Assembly (NCBI GenBank): GCA_964187785.1
Contig: OZ076409.1
Location: forward strand, 61,196,001 to 61,260,000
Direction: 5' to 3'
DNA length: 64,000 nt
Source: Amphiscolops sp. MND2022
Lineage: Eukaryota
In this document: piece by piece, positions 35,976-47,317 of the stretch
Numbering within the stretch: the first letter of the stretch is position 1
Layout: the number at the start of each line of letters is the position of its first letter
Notes under the pieces: model-generated
Seen by the model: only the letters and a program-made list of their open reading frames with translations
What the model was told of the DNA's origin: nothing
Databases searched by the model: none
Program-made: the position numbers and the translations under genes

Positions 35976-37236
35976 CTTCGCTCCTGCATTTAGGGCACTA
36001 GGAGTATATGAACATAGCTGACTACGTTATCGTTATTAGTTCGATACTGTGTAGCACACAAATTCAACAAATTTAATTCTTTCCTATTTCAATTTTCAAC
36101 CAATCAGAAGCGTTCAATAATTATTTTTCGGCGCAATGAATATTCGATGCTTTGGGAATCCGCCTAGTCCGTTTCCCGATAAAGCAGAAATAAATAGCTC
36201 TTAATATATTCAAGCTCACGTACAAGTTTTTGGAAATTTCCATTAAAGAGTCAAACAACCCATGAAGAATCAAATTATATCCCACCAAAAAGCCAGATAA
36301 ATATCATTAGATATACTCCAAGGGCTCAGAGATGTCGCAAGAAAAATAGGATGACGATTCCAGGGCGATTTTTTTTCATTTCATAGCAAAGCTTTTTTCA
36401 AGATGACGAGTCCGATTTTCGATGGTATATGATAATTAACGAAACATTATCGGCATCTCCAATGAAATCGGAACGTCGAGATAATCTCCGTTTAAAATTG
36501 CATGAAAGTAAAATGCATACACCTATTGTGCAGGTATGCATTGCTTGAACGGAAAAGAATTTTTAACACGCCAGATAGAACCAACGAGTATTCTCCAATA
36601 CTTCAGGCAAAAAAATCAGTAAACAATTTTCAGTTTCTCCTTTGGCTAGTTTTTCAGTCTCAGCCAAAGTGTTTTGTAATTACGTTTGAGTCACAAAAAC
36701 GAAAGATTCAAATGACGAAAACAATAATAAACAAACCACTGGGACTTCTGTTGAAATGAGCGAAAAGTTGTTTATAGATGAGCAACGATGAAAGCCCATT
36801 TATCGTAAAAATTCAATTGAAGAGATTGTATGATCGGAAATCAAAAAAGTTCAACATTTTTGGATCTTTTCTTTTGTACAACCGTTGGTGCAATAGAGCA
36901 AATGTATTTCCCATTGGTGGTCCATCCATGGCCCACACCGAAATGAGCCATGACCACCTGTGGGGCTAAGATGGGAAATCCGATGGCCCACCGATTGGTT
37001 GTTAATTCCTATATCTGCATTACGGAATAATTTTTTAAAATGTTATGTTCAATAAATTATTTTGCACAGGTGAAAATAATGGTAAAAATATTGGCAATAG
37101 CCGTTGCAGGAAAAAACGGCGAGGAAACAACGCCCAAATGAAAAACTAACCAAAACTTAATACCGCCCATAGAAAGTTACGATAGCGTAGTCAGCTATGT
37201 GAACATGACTCTAGTGCCCTAAATGCAGGAGCGAAG
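35976..37236. mobile_element. MITE-like non-autonomous element with ~60-bp inverted repeats
   Basis: CTTCGCTCCTGCATTTAGGGCACTAG...ACATAGCTGACTACG at 35976-36035 and its reverse complement at 37177-37236; no coding capacity; TSD not resolved. Confidence 0.65.
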
Positions 37237-39884
37237 CGACATGTCATTACTAGTCCAGCAGCTGATTCTCCCGAATCAGAAGGACGAGTCATACAACCAA
37301 TATTAAAATGTTTAAATGAAAATAAACTGCTCTATCAATTTTTTTCAGGGAGTTTTTATCAGAGGCGTTTTCCTGCATTCTTTATTGGCAACAATTTTGT
37401 CATATTTTTCCACCTGTGGTAAATGATATAATGAATGTAAAATTTTAAAAAATATTTATTCTATACAGTATCTGACCTGATCATAAACTCTATGCGTTTT
37501 AGGGGAGTAAGTTCGGACTGCAGATCTTACTGAACGATTCCGTTCTAGAATTCAAAACTTTCTAAGATGCAGAAAATCAAATTGTTGCAAGTGTGAAGCG
37601 GAATGAAATGTTTCTGAATTACTGTTGGTTTATTAATTGGAATCAGTAACAATTTTTTGTGATTCTTTAAATTTTCTTCAAATTGAATAGCTGATCGAAA
37701 CCTACAGGTTGAAAGAAAACTTTGGTGAAAATACGAACAAAAAACAGAACGAGACATTTTAAAAACGAATGTTGAACTTACTATGGACATTTTCGACTGA
37801 TGCGGTGAGATGGCGTGCTCCACAGTCGACAGGCGCTTTTTGGCGGCTTCTCTGGCCACTCGGTTTTGGTTCATTTTCCAGCAGAGAACCCAGAGATTAA
37901 ACACACAGATGTCAATTTAGAATCAATTTGAAACCGGAGGTATAACTATTGGAACACCAGGTAAACAGCTCTCAACATCTGTTGGACCGAGCTAATTAAG
38001 CGAACCTCCGACCAAAATAATTAATGCAAGATTGAAAAGTTTGTTCAAAATGGATGCATCGGTTGAAAAAACGTCGTCTGTCTGATTCAGTACTTGTGCG
38101 TTGTAGTTTTAAGTCAATTCAGTTCAAAAAATATACGACCAAAATTGTTGTTTTAGCCATGTTTAGTCTTTCATTGAGTAATGGCAAAGCTGTTGAAGTA
38201 TATGAAGCTTAATTATAAGCGTCAATGCAAGCATCTCTTGATGATTATTTTTGATTAATTTTTGGTGCAATTTGACAGCTAGCTGAAACAAGATACTATA
38301 AACAACTTGAGTATAAAACTCAAGAAAAATTTTCAAGAAGAAAAATGAAACAAGTGTGGGGTAAACAGCTGTTGTGGCTGTGAAATCTCAGCAAATTATG
38401 TAAAGTCCACCCGCCTGGTGACAGAACAAAATTTACAAAACGCCGAAGATAATCACACACAAAATGGGTACGCAAAATCTGTCAGGAAGACATATGTCAG
38501 GAAGACTGTATGGACCGAGACGGCCCATACAGACCCTATGTAATGAAAAGCGCTTAGCGTTTGTTCGCTACAAGGGATGGAGGAACTGATGCCATGGATT
38601 AAGATTCGAGACTAATCACCATAACTCCAGTCCATTTTGTCCTCCTAAGGAATGCCAGTCCCGAGAAGGGAGAACCGTCTCTAGAGATGCTTTCTGACTT
38701 GTTCCGGTCTGTTACTGCTACTAGTCACATGAAATACGCTTTTTTCTTCCTATCCACTGCGTAAATAGCCTGTAAAAAAGGGGCTAAGTTGCATAGAACT
38801 AAATTAAACGATCCAGATGGGAATCTAACGTAAATGACATCAACATGGGTAGCTCTCGAATTAAGAATTCATCATTCAACAAATCAGTAAACACATCAAA
38901 GAAGAGTTAAAATCCAGTTTGGCGAATTGGGTCTAGGTGGCATGGCACTGGCACTCGGGTTTGGCACAACCCTGGGTCCGGATATTGCTATTACTCCGAC
39001 ATTGTGGTTCTGCACGAACTGCGACGGGCACCGTGGAAATTAGCGCATAGGCTATAGTTTTTCGGTTCCGTGACGTTTCACGCGCATTTTCTGCTTTTTT
39101 GCCTTTTCGCTTTTTTTTCGCCTCGCGGGGTGTGCTTAATCTGTCTCTCTATGATTTTGCGGGCTGGTACCTCGTGAAATCATGTTTGAGGGCCACGTCA
39201 CTTTTGAACGAATTTTTCAGAAAATTGTCAAAACTTCGAAAATTTCGTTGATCACAGGATGCCGTTACACTAAATCCACGGAAATGGCGATATTAGCAGA
39301 ATATGTACCTAAAAATGGAGAAATTGCCTATTTGACAGAAAACTACAACCCTAGAAAACCGTTTTACGATCTTGTGGGTTGTGTCTGAACTTTGAGTGTG
39401 TCAGTGTGTCCCCACGGAACTCTAAAACGAGGAGTCTCGTCGACGTCACATAAGACCCCTAGGAGACCATTTTTAGGAGAACAATTAGTGTTTTTGCATA
39501 TGAATAGACTATGGTCTCCTGTCCAAGGAACCTAAGCATTGTCTCAGCTTTAGCATATGCTCTTTTTTCTGGACATTACGTTATCTGATTTGAAGAAAGC
39601 AACAAATTTCTCATATTTGTTGAAGCTTTGAAGTAAAACTTGTTGTTTAAAGTAGATCTATAATTACATGATAAATGCTATGATAAAAAACTAAAAAGCT
39701 GAGAACTTCGAAAACGTTTATTGTTAAATGAGAAAAACATCTTGCCAAACTTTTTAGTTGGTGCTTTTCTTTAGAAGAGAGTCGACTATGGCTTTGGCTT
39801 TTGGTCAGTTCTTTTTCGATACACCTGAACCATCCAAAATAGTTCTACAAGTTCTTCAAGTTTGGCAAAGTTAGAAATTTCTCA

Positions 39885-39970
39885 GTGCCACTTGGCCTAG
39901 CGGTTAACGCACACTTTCCTGTCCAGGTGGCGGAATTGGAGAAACAGGAGTTCGTTGGTTCAAACCTTAA
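39885..39970 (+). repeat. tRNA-derived (SINE head-like) sequence
   Basis: A-box-like TGGCCTAGCGG and B-box-like GGTTCAAAC with over-long spacing; no proper cloverleaf. Confidence 0.45.
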
Positions 39971-40118
39971 ACTTAACGAAATTTTTAAAATGTTTTCAAA
40001 AGTTGAAATTTTATCGGCACTTTGCGCTTTTTGTTTCAGAAATTTCCTTACCGACATGCCGGAGTTCATACTAAAAACGCTAAGTGCCAATCGACGTGGC
40101 AGCTGTCAGATGCTTTTT

Positions 40119-40736
40119 TCAGGTCGCGTAGACGACAGAGAACAGGTACCACTTGTCATGATCATCCCTAATGTCTAATGAGCTTATTGAGCTATCTCTA
40201 GAATGGGGATGACTGTTTAAGTTTGACTGTATTCTGTTTTGGGTATTCCCCCAAGCACTTTGGTGCTTTTTACCTTCGGTGTTCCTGCTTAGTCTACTGG
40301 ACCTTGAGTCCACATTTGTCCCTAACCCGCTATTTTGTCCTGACAACGACCTTTGGATTGAAGGAAGGATTGAATCGTGAATTGCAGAATTAATAGACTC
40401 TGTAATTTGTGTGTCCAAATTCCTCTTCAGTTCATCTATTTTCCTATTCATTTGGTGGGATATTTCTTCAGAAATAAGCCTGTTAGTCTCCATAGTCATT
40501 TCACGTCTATTTCTATCTTCTGAAGTTAATAGCGTTCTAAAATCCTCGCTATTTCTGACCATGTCGGTCCTTGTCCCATTAGACCTTAAGTCCACTTCTA
40601 CATTTTCATTCGGATCAACGTCTGATTGATTTTCCTGGTAATTTCCTAACATGACATTCATATTCTCAAGATCTGACATTACGTCTGATTGCCTTGACCG
40701 TTTTTCCCTTGCCTTTTGCTTTCTTGTGGAAAGCAT
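40119..40736 (-). CDS. Gag N-terminal region duplicated in the 3' LTR, reading out into flanking DNA
   Basis: Near-identical to 53353-54069 up to DDHD; the last residues come from host flank. Confidence 0.7.
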   Translation of the reverse strand: MLSTRKQKAREKRSRQSDVMSDLENMNVMLGNYQENQSDVDPNENVEVDLRSNGTRTDMVRNSEDFRTLLTSEDRNRREMTMETNRLISEEISHQMNRKIDELKRNLDTQITESINSAIHDSILPSIQRSLSGQNSGLGTNVDSRSSRLSRNTEGKKHQSAWGNTQNRIQSNLNSHPHSRDSSISSLDIRDDHDKWYLFSVVYAT

Positions 40737-41742
40737 TTAAAATATTCAAGTCCAAACAATAATCTATTGTTTGCAAACAGTATTTCTATCAACAGAGCTA
40801 AATACAACAGTTGAACAATAATATCGTTGGGAGAGAACAAATGAAACACGGTTGGGTTCCAAGTTTAGAAGTAGTTGAGAAACTGGAATTAATCACAATT
40901 GAGGTTGTAGTCTACGTGCAGTATTTGAGAGAGATTGATCCCTGGGACTTGTGGTCCCTAAATATATAGTTGTGGAAGCATGACACGCAAAATTGCTGTT
41001 ATCACCTTACCAAAAATAGCAACTTCGCCCTAACGTCACAATGACGTTATGTGAGTAATTCTAAAAATAGCACCTATTTGCGGGCAAGTTGTGTCAAGTT
41101 CCAAAAATAGCATCGGGTAATAAACCAGTGGTCTAATAGAGCATCAAAGGACTAAATGGGGGGGGGGGGTAAGGCGGTGAGCCTTTCATCTGAGGTTTCA
41201 TGTCATTCCAAATTATACTATTTTCATGGTAGCAAGCAACGCGTACATGTAACGGACTGGTGGTCCAAAGCAATTAAGCAGGACTAAATAGAAAATAACA
41301 CACTGCAACGTGATTGGCTAGTTATCTAATGTACCACGCGTCCAAATTGACTAACGCTGAGTACAATTTGAATTCGTTTCCACTTTACTGTACTGTTGCA
41401 TCATCATTTACATTTCCATTACTAATATAATTTCCAGCTTTGTGGTTTGCATGACAAAGTATACAAGTGAATATATAATCAGACTAAAATAGCATGTTTT
41501 GTTAGGTCTGGGATAGTAATTCAACTATATGTCAACTGTAGGCAAGTAGACCTGTGGTCCATAATTTGATAAATCATTGACTAAAGTAACTTATAAGTAC
41601 AGTACATTCATAAGAGTTGTTTTAATTGGACTAGCAGTTTCTGTGTACTGAAGCGGCAATACTCCGGTAGGAAGATACATTTCACTAGCTTCATTTGGGG
41701 TGACTTGGTAGTTGTTTCCATCGCAGGCGGCAGCCTGCGACA
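40154..41742 (-). repeat. Gypsy-B 3' LTR
   Basis: Direct repeat of 53487-55073; about 40 differences counted by eye. Confidence 0.96.
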
Positions 41743-42469
41743 GTCCCCGGGGGATGAGGACAAAAGCGCCTGCTTGCATCCCTGCTTGAAAAGCATGTCG
41801 TCTACGCTGTCTTGTCTCGTAGAACTCACCAGATCTATGTGTTCTTTCTAAATAGTCGAAAGTTACCTCCTTTTGAATTATGTCCGCTGATTTGCCGCAA
41901 ATTAGACAGTCTCCATGTTGTACAAGATTCTGCACCCCACAGTGTCCGCTCGTCCTTACTGCCACTCCTGTTATGTGTGAATTAGGGGGACAGTAAGGTT
42001 CGTCTCGATCCCATCTGGGAGTCACAGGGTAGGTTTGTTGCCCACGCTCATGTGGCGGCGGTGATTGAGGAGATTCCTGTAAAGGCTCCAATTGGCTGCA
42101 GGCTGATATTGGATGACTGTCTACGTCCTCTGGCCCTACTGTCGGTGGGTGTAGTCCCAACACAAGATCTATTAGCTCGTCGTTGGGCTCAGAGACGAAG
42201 TAACTGAATTGATTGCAGAGGGAGTCGTCCTGAGACTCACTATCCACGCAATTGGATAGATCCAATGTCATGCCCCTTCCTCCTACAGTCTTAGGGACGG
42301 AAACGGGGGCTCCTCTGTAGCACGTGATCACTTCAATGTCGCTGTCGTCGTTAGGGTCCACTTCCGCATCGGAGGACGGACAGTCCACTTCCATTTCTTC
42401 GTCTGATGATTGGTTTGTGAGGCTCACCAACGGTTGAATCGACTCTTCGACGGAAAATTGTAAAGACAT
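41591..42469 (-). CDS. Gypsy-B ORF3, unknown protein ending inside the 3' LTR
   Basis: Intact 292 aa ORF homologous to Gypsy-A ORF3 in its C-terminal half. Confidence 0.8.
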   Translation of the reverse strand: MSLQFSVEESIQPLVSLTNQSSDEEMEVDCPSSDAEVDPNDDSDIEVITCYRGAPVSVPKTVGGRGMTLDLSNCVDSESQDDSLCNQFSYFVSEPNDELIDLVLGLHPPTVGPEDVDSHPISACSQLEPLQESPQSPPPHERGQQTYPVTPRWDRDEPYCPPNSHITGVAVRTSGHCGVQNLVQHGDCLICGKSADIIQKEVTFDYLERTHRSGEFYETRQRRRHAFQAGMQAGAFVLIPRGLSQAAACDGNNYQVTPNEASEMYLPTGVLPLQYTETASPIKTTLMNVLYL

Positions 42470-43758
42470 CTCGAGTAAGTGTCTATTCAGGAACAGTTTC
42501 TTAGCTATTTTGCTAGGTTATGCAAATTGTTCTATCTGAATTCGGCGAAAATTGTGAGGTGAATGATTCTTCTGATTTTACTGTTTTCCAAGATTTCTTT
42601 CTAGCCGGCGGGGAAAATCCGTGGCGGGTAATAGAGAAGATATTATTCCCAAATATTTCCATTTTCGGAAGTCCCCGTGATTTTGCTTCTTTAATTACCC
42701 TCATCATATTGGTAATCGCTCGTTCAGATAGCCCTTGAGACTCTTTCAAGTATTTGCCGTTATAAGTTAGGTGATCTTAACTGTTAGTGAAAGTGTTTAT
42801 TAACACTAATCTTCAATCAACAATAATCATCAAAGACCACCGGTCCGCCTCAACTAGTGACAACCTGCTAACCAATCAAATTCTACAGATAAATGAACGA
42901 ATTTTCTGAATGCAAATTTTGAATACATGAATGAAGTAATGGAAAGTGATGAGTCTAATCTGAAGATAATGGTCGAAATAGTGTACTAAAGGCAAAAGAT
43001 TGTAACAAAGGGATAAGAATTATGTTCTGATCAAATAGGAAGTGTACTTCTCTGACAGGTTCAGTAACACTCCGAACTATAATAAAGATGTATTCTTAAC
43101 TAATATTAGATCGGTTGGTAAGCCAAGGTACATGTAGCCACGACGTCCTTTAATTTCAAGTAGGAATGCAGGTATAGTGATTAGGTAATTAACCGTCTTG
43201 ACAGTCAGGCGTGGTAGTATTAAGTATACAATGTATGTGTTGACATAAGGTCCATTTGACGTAGTTCATTGCAAACCATATTGGCAGCATCGATTTCCCA
43301 TCTGAGCATTTGAATTCTTTACTCTCTATAACTATTTGAATTGCACACTGTGAGCATTCTTAGACAGATCTGTTCTCTCTAGGTTGCCTTTGATCTTGTA
43401 CGGCTTAACTTTTTGTCAAAGTAGCAGCATCGCCCGCAGAATTACATCCTTTTGGACTGTGAGTCGGTCCGACCTACTCTGGCGTAAATTCTTAGCTCAG
43501 TACATCATTGTGTTTTTGTTGACTTCTGCAGCAATTATTACGACTTACAGTCAAATTTCTAATACCGACAGTTGTAGCCTGAAGAAAATTCTGCCTGTCA
43601 AGATAGACAAACATCAGGTTGGTTCTTTTTCAAAGTATTTTGTCAATATTGAGCTTGATCAGGGCTTCCCATTGACTAAGTAGTCACTTCCTCCATCGTG
43701 AACTATTCAACAATAGGTTTGAACAAATAACAAACTTGCTTTCGAAAGACGCGATAGA

Positions 43759-46700
43759 ATGGATTTTTATAGCGGAAATGGATCGCGAAAATTCATTTCT
43801 TTTCGTTTAGACAACGAAATGAGTGGCCAACCAGCTCAAGACAACATCGAAGCAATGGAAACTGACCAGGCGCAACTGGAGCAACCGCAAGAGCCTGAGG
43901 TCATCGAATTGCGGACAGACCTAAGGTCCGTTATCGAACTTTCTTCTACCACAGATTCTGAAAGCTGCGAAGCATATTTCACCAGAAAGATCGAGTGTCT
44001 CACAAATTCAGAAGAGGACGTTACTGCTGCCACTAATGCAACCTCCAATGTGGCGAGAGCTAGTGAGAGCGAGCCTGTCGCTGTTACTCCAGGTCTCAAT
44101 GAGATGATACCAGACGCGAGCCGTCCTGTTGATGCTCCCGACGTTGTTTTTCTGGATAAGGCTACTGTCCAAGCAGCCATTTCCGAAGCCATTGATCCAA
44201 ATTTTGCTACAGATGAAACACCAATAATTGAGTCTCAGACCACTCAGACAACTCTACCTGAGGGCCAGGCGGTCCAGCAAAGCGAAGTTACCCCAGCCTC
44301 AAGTCCTACGGACGAGAATGGGGATGTTCAGGGACAAATGGACTACCGGTCTCAAACAGAAGACGAGTCTTGTCCTGGAATGGACACCGATACTGGGTCT
44401 ATTGCTAGATCCACATTAGCCCAAGCCCTCTACAGTCCCTCCAAGCCCGGCAACGTCTCTCTTCCCCAAACATCAAGTCAGGACATGAGTGATCCATTAC
44501 CACCTGAGCCTAGGGGACCCACTCCTCTTTCCAGTACCAGTAGACTGATCATCAAGCAGTGTTTTGAGGAGACAAACCCCACATACCTCTCTCCTGGGCA
44601 TATGACTGTTGCGTTCAATCAAGATCAAATCAACAGCATATTACGCATTGTAGCTGATGAGAGTGCTCGTGCGTCATACGAGATGTTAAACAGCGTGGTC
44701 GTCCGCGCTAGTCGACTGAACTTACACAGTCCCCGTGGTACTACTGCCCGAAAACACACTCAAGAAGGGTCTCACCCTGGCACTGATACAGATGTGGGAA
44801 GTGATTCCGTCATGACCTACGATACGAGAGGTAGTGACAGCAGTCCCGGATTTACCAGTGGCCTAGAGTCCAATCGGGACTTTCAGTCCTCATTTGCTCT
44901 TCCAGTCCCCCCCTTTGTCCTCGAGAAAATCAACTGGTCCAAAGGAGTTCCCCCGTCTCCTTTGACTGTTCCAGTCATGGAACTGAAACTTTGGCAGCTC
45001 TAAGGCAAGAAGCCATTAAGGAAAAGGAAAAGGGGAGATTGCCACCACAAGTCCAACCAAAGTCTAAGAGACCATCAAGGCCCAGGAGAAGAATTGGGAG
45101 GATTATGAAGGAAGAGTACTTTGATAGCATGCCATGGACACGTGTATTTGTTTCAGGACCATTAGACCCCAAATGGAATCCCAATAAGATCTACTGTCAA
45201 ATCTGTAAATGTAATGTGTCCATTAAGACTAAGGGCCTAAAAGAGATCTTGAGGCACTACGCGACTGAGAGGCATCTTCGAAAAGATCAACGTTGGAGGT
45301 ACGAGTACCTGCCCATTGAGGACCCCATCACTAAAAAACTGCGCCATCAGGTGAGAGGGAAAGATGGGAAATTCTTTCCCATTACCAATTGCGACTGGAA
45401 TTGCCCCTGTTCATCAATGCCGAATTGGTAGACATAGAGGAGAAACTCCCATTCTATGAGGAATCTATGTCTGGAGCTGATCACATGGCCTCATCCCCCC
45501 AAAATCGAGCTCGAATACAAATTTCAATCTTGGGGCACTATCTCCCACTGTCTGGTGACGTTTCTGTCCTCCGAACCCTTTGGCAACACACTGGAACTGT
45601 TGTGAATCATCAGGCTCTCTTCGCAGACATTGACTGCAGCACGGCTAAATTATCGATGAGTGGTCTCCATCTGGCTTTCATACTCATTGTCTAGTTGGGT
45701 ACTCAATACTGTCATTGAATAGTAGTTAGGCCATCATAGGTAAAGCAGACTTGGAGTCAAGGATCAGTTAGCACTACCTCAAAGTTTAGGGTTGTCAATT
45801 CAAGTACTACAATGTGGTCACCGGATTGTATTTGTTCTAGGTGTTGTTTCACCATCTGTTCCAACAAGTCGTCCCGAATCTTGGCAATGACATCCTCACT
45901 GATGGCCAATATTCAATTGAATTCGAAGTTCAGGGAGTGTTCCTCCTCCTGCACGTTCGGTTATGGAAGAAGGACAGGCACTGTCGAGTGTACCTCCAAA
46001 GGACCGGGCGTACTACCGGACGTTGCGCAGCCGAGTTGTGTCTGCTGTCCACCTTGCTCGCTGCTATATCATCAGAAGCAGATTTAGTGTGTTGCTCCGG
46101 TGCCACCCAGAACTTCGTTCAGCTAGTTGACGACTCTCCTCTTACCAACCACGGAGTACAAAGACCCACCACCTTTGATGATATTGCTATCAAACGCCTA
46201 ATGCATCGGGACAGCTACAGTGTGTTTGGTCGTATAGACTTTTTATCTGTACTTCATTATCTAGTTATCAGCCTGGGGGGAAGTTTATATTTGGAGTGGA
46301 CCTTACTCACCCCTGAATTAGTCAAGGTTAGGACCTTTAACAATCCAGTTGTCGACGTAAGTTAATTACACCTACGATTTGTTGCTTTCGATTTAGGCCA
46401 TAAAGTCGAGTCGACTTGACGTAGTAACTGGGCCAACCCTCTGCCAAGAATTAATTGCGAACTGGAAGGCTGTCACAACATACCTCACAGCACATGTGGT
46501 ACAACAACAAATGCAAGGAGTTCGTAGCCAGGTTGGGAGTCCCTTCCTTATCAGTCTTCTGGTCCACAGTACGTCTTGTGTTCAAGTCTTTTCATTTCAG
46601 CCCCAGAGCCTTGAATGGTCCATCATTCACGATGATTTTTTCACCTGCCATCTCGAGTTATTCCACAAACTAGTCCGTGATTGTTAGTGCTTTGAGATTT

Positions 46701-47200
46701 CCTTCCTTTATTAGTGCATCTTAATGACAGTAATAGGGTCATTTGCAATGCAGTAGTTTTGGTTTCCTTTCGTATAAATGTTCTTTAGGGTTACTCTGGG
46801 ACATAAGACCGAAGGGACGTGAGCTAGTACCAGACTGGTCTTTTATTTTGGGAATAAGTATACAATGCATGACTAATCCTTTTGTTTAGACACAACCAAT
46901 TTCTCACTCAGCCTCAATGGACGACGCGACAGGGCATTCTACTCTTTCAGACAACTGTGTCTGTACCTTCGCAAGCTTGCGAAACGAATTGTATTGCCAA
47001 ACGCCCTTCCTGAGGTGAACGATCCCGCAGCCATCCTGGACCTGGATATAAACGTTGCCCCTGCGCTGAGCGTCACTGTTTTCCTCAATCGCCTGAAGTT
47101 CAGGGCCAAGTTGGACCATGCTTGCAAATTGAAAGCGGAAGTAGATTTTCATGACCAGAAGGGCGAAAAAAAGAAAACACTCGAAGAGTTGACTGCCTGT
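43759..47200 (+). pseudogene. Gypsy-B antisense 5-exon BED-finger, hAT-like gene, 3' truncated (exons 43759-45655, 45841-46326, 46397-46531, 46601-46682, 46890-~47200)
   Basis: IYCQICKCNV...ILRHYATERH; splice sites at positions homologous to Gypsy-A; intron 1 donor reads ATGAGT (probably mutated GTGAGT); CTAAT branch-like motif before the last acceptor. Confidence 0.85.
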
Positions 47201-47317
47201 AGTTATTTGTATCTTTTGTTTGTCTTTCATTATTGTATTTGTGTTGTAGTTGAGTCTAAAGTCAGATTGGTCTCAGAGTCAAAATAGTAAATGGGGACCA
47301 GCAATAAATGAATCTGG

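Noticed and set aside
42513..42749. 78 aa ORF upstream of Gypsy-B ORF3 as a fourth accessory gene
   Set aside because: No clear counterpart in Gypsy-A; could be a frameshifted 5' extension of ORF3 but unsupported.
46789..46818. Extra 30-nt micro-exon in intron 4 of the Gypsy-B antisense gene
   Set aside because: AG/GT sites exist, but Gypsy-A has no in-frame equivalent, and direct splicing gives the aligned DY junction in both.
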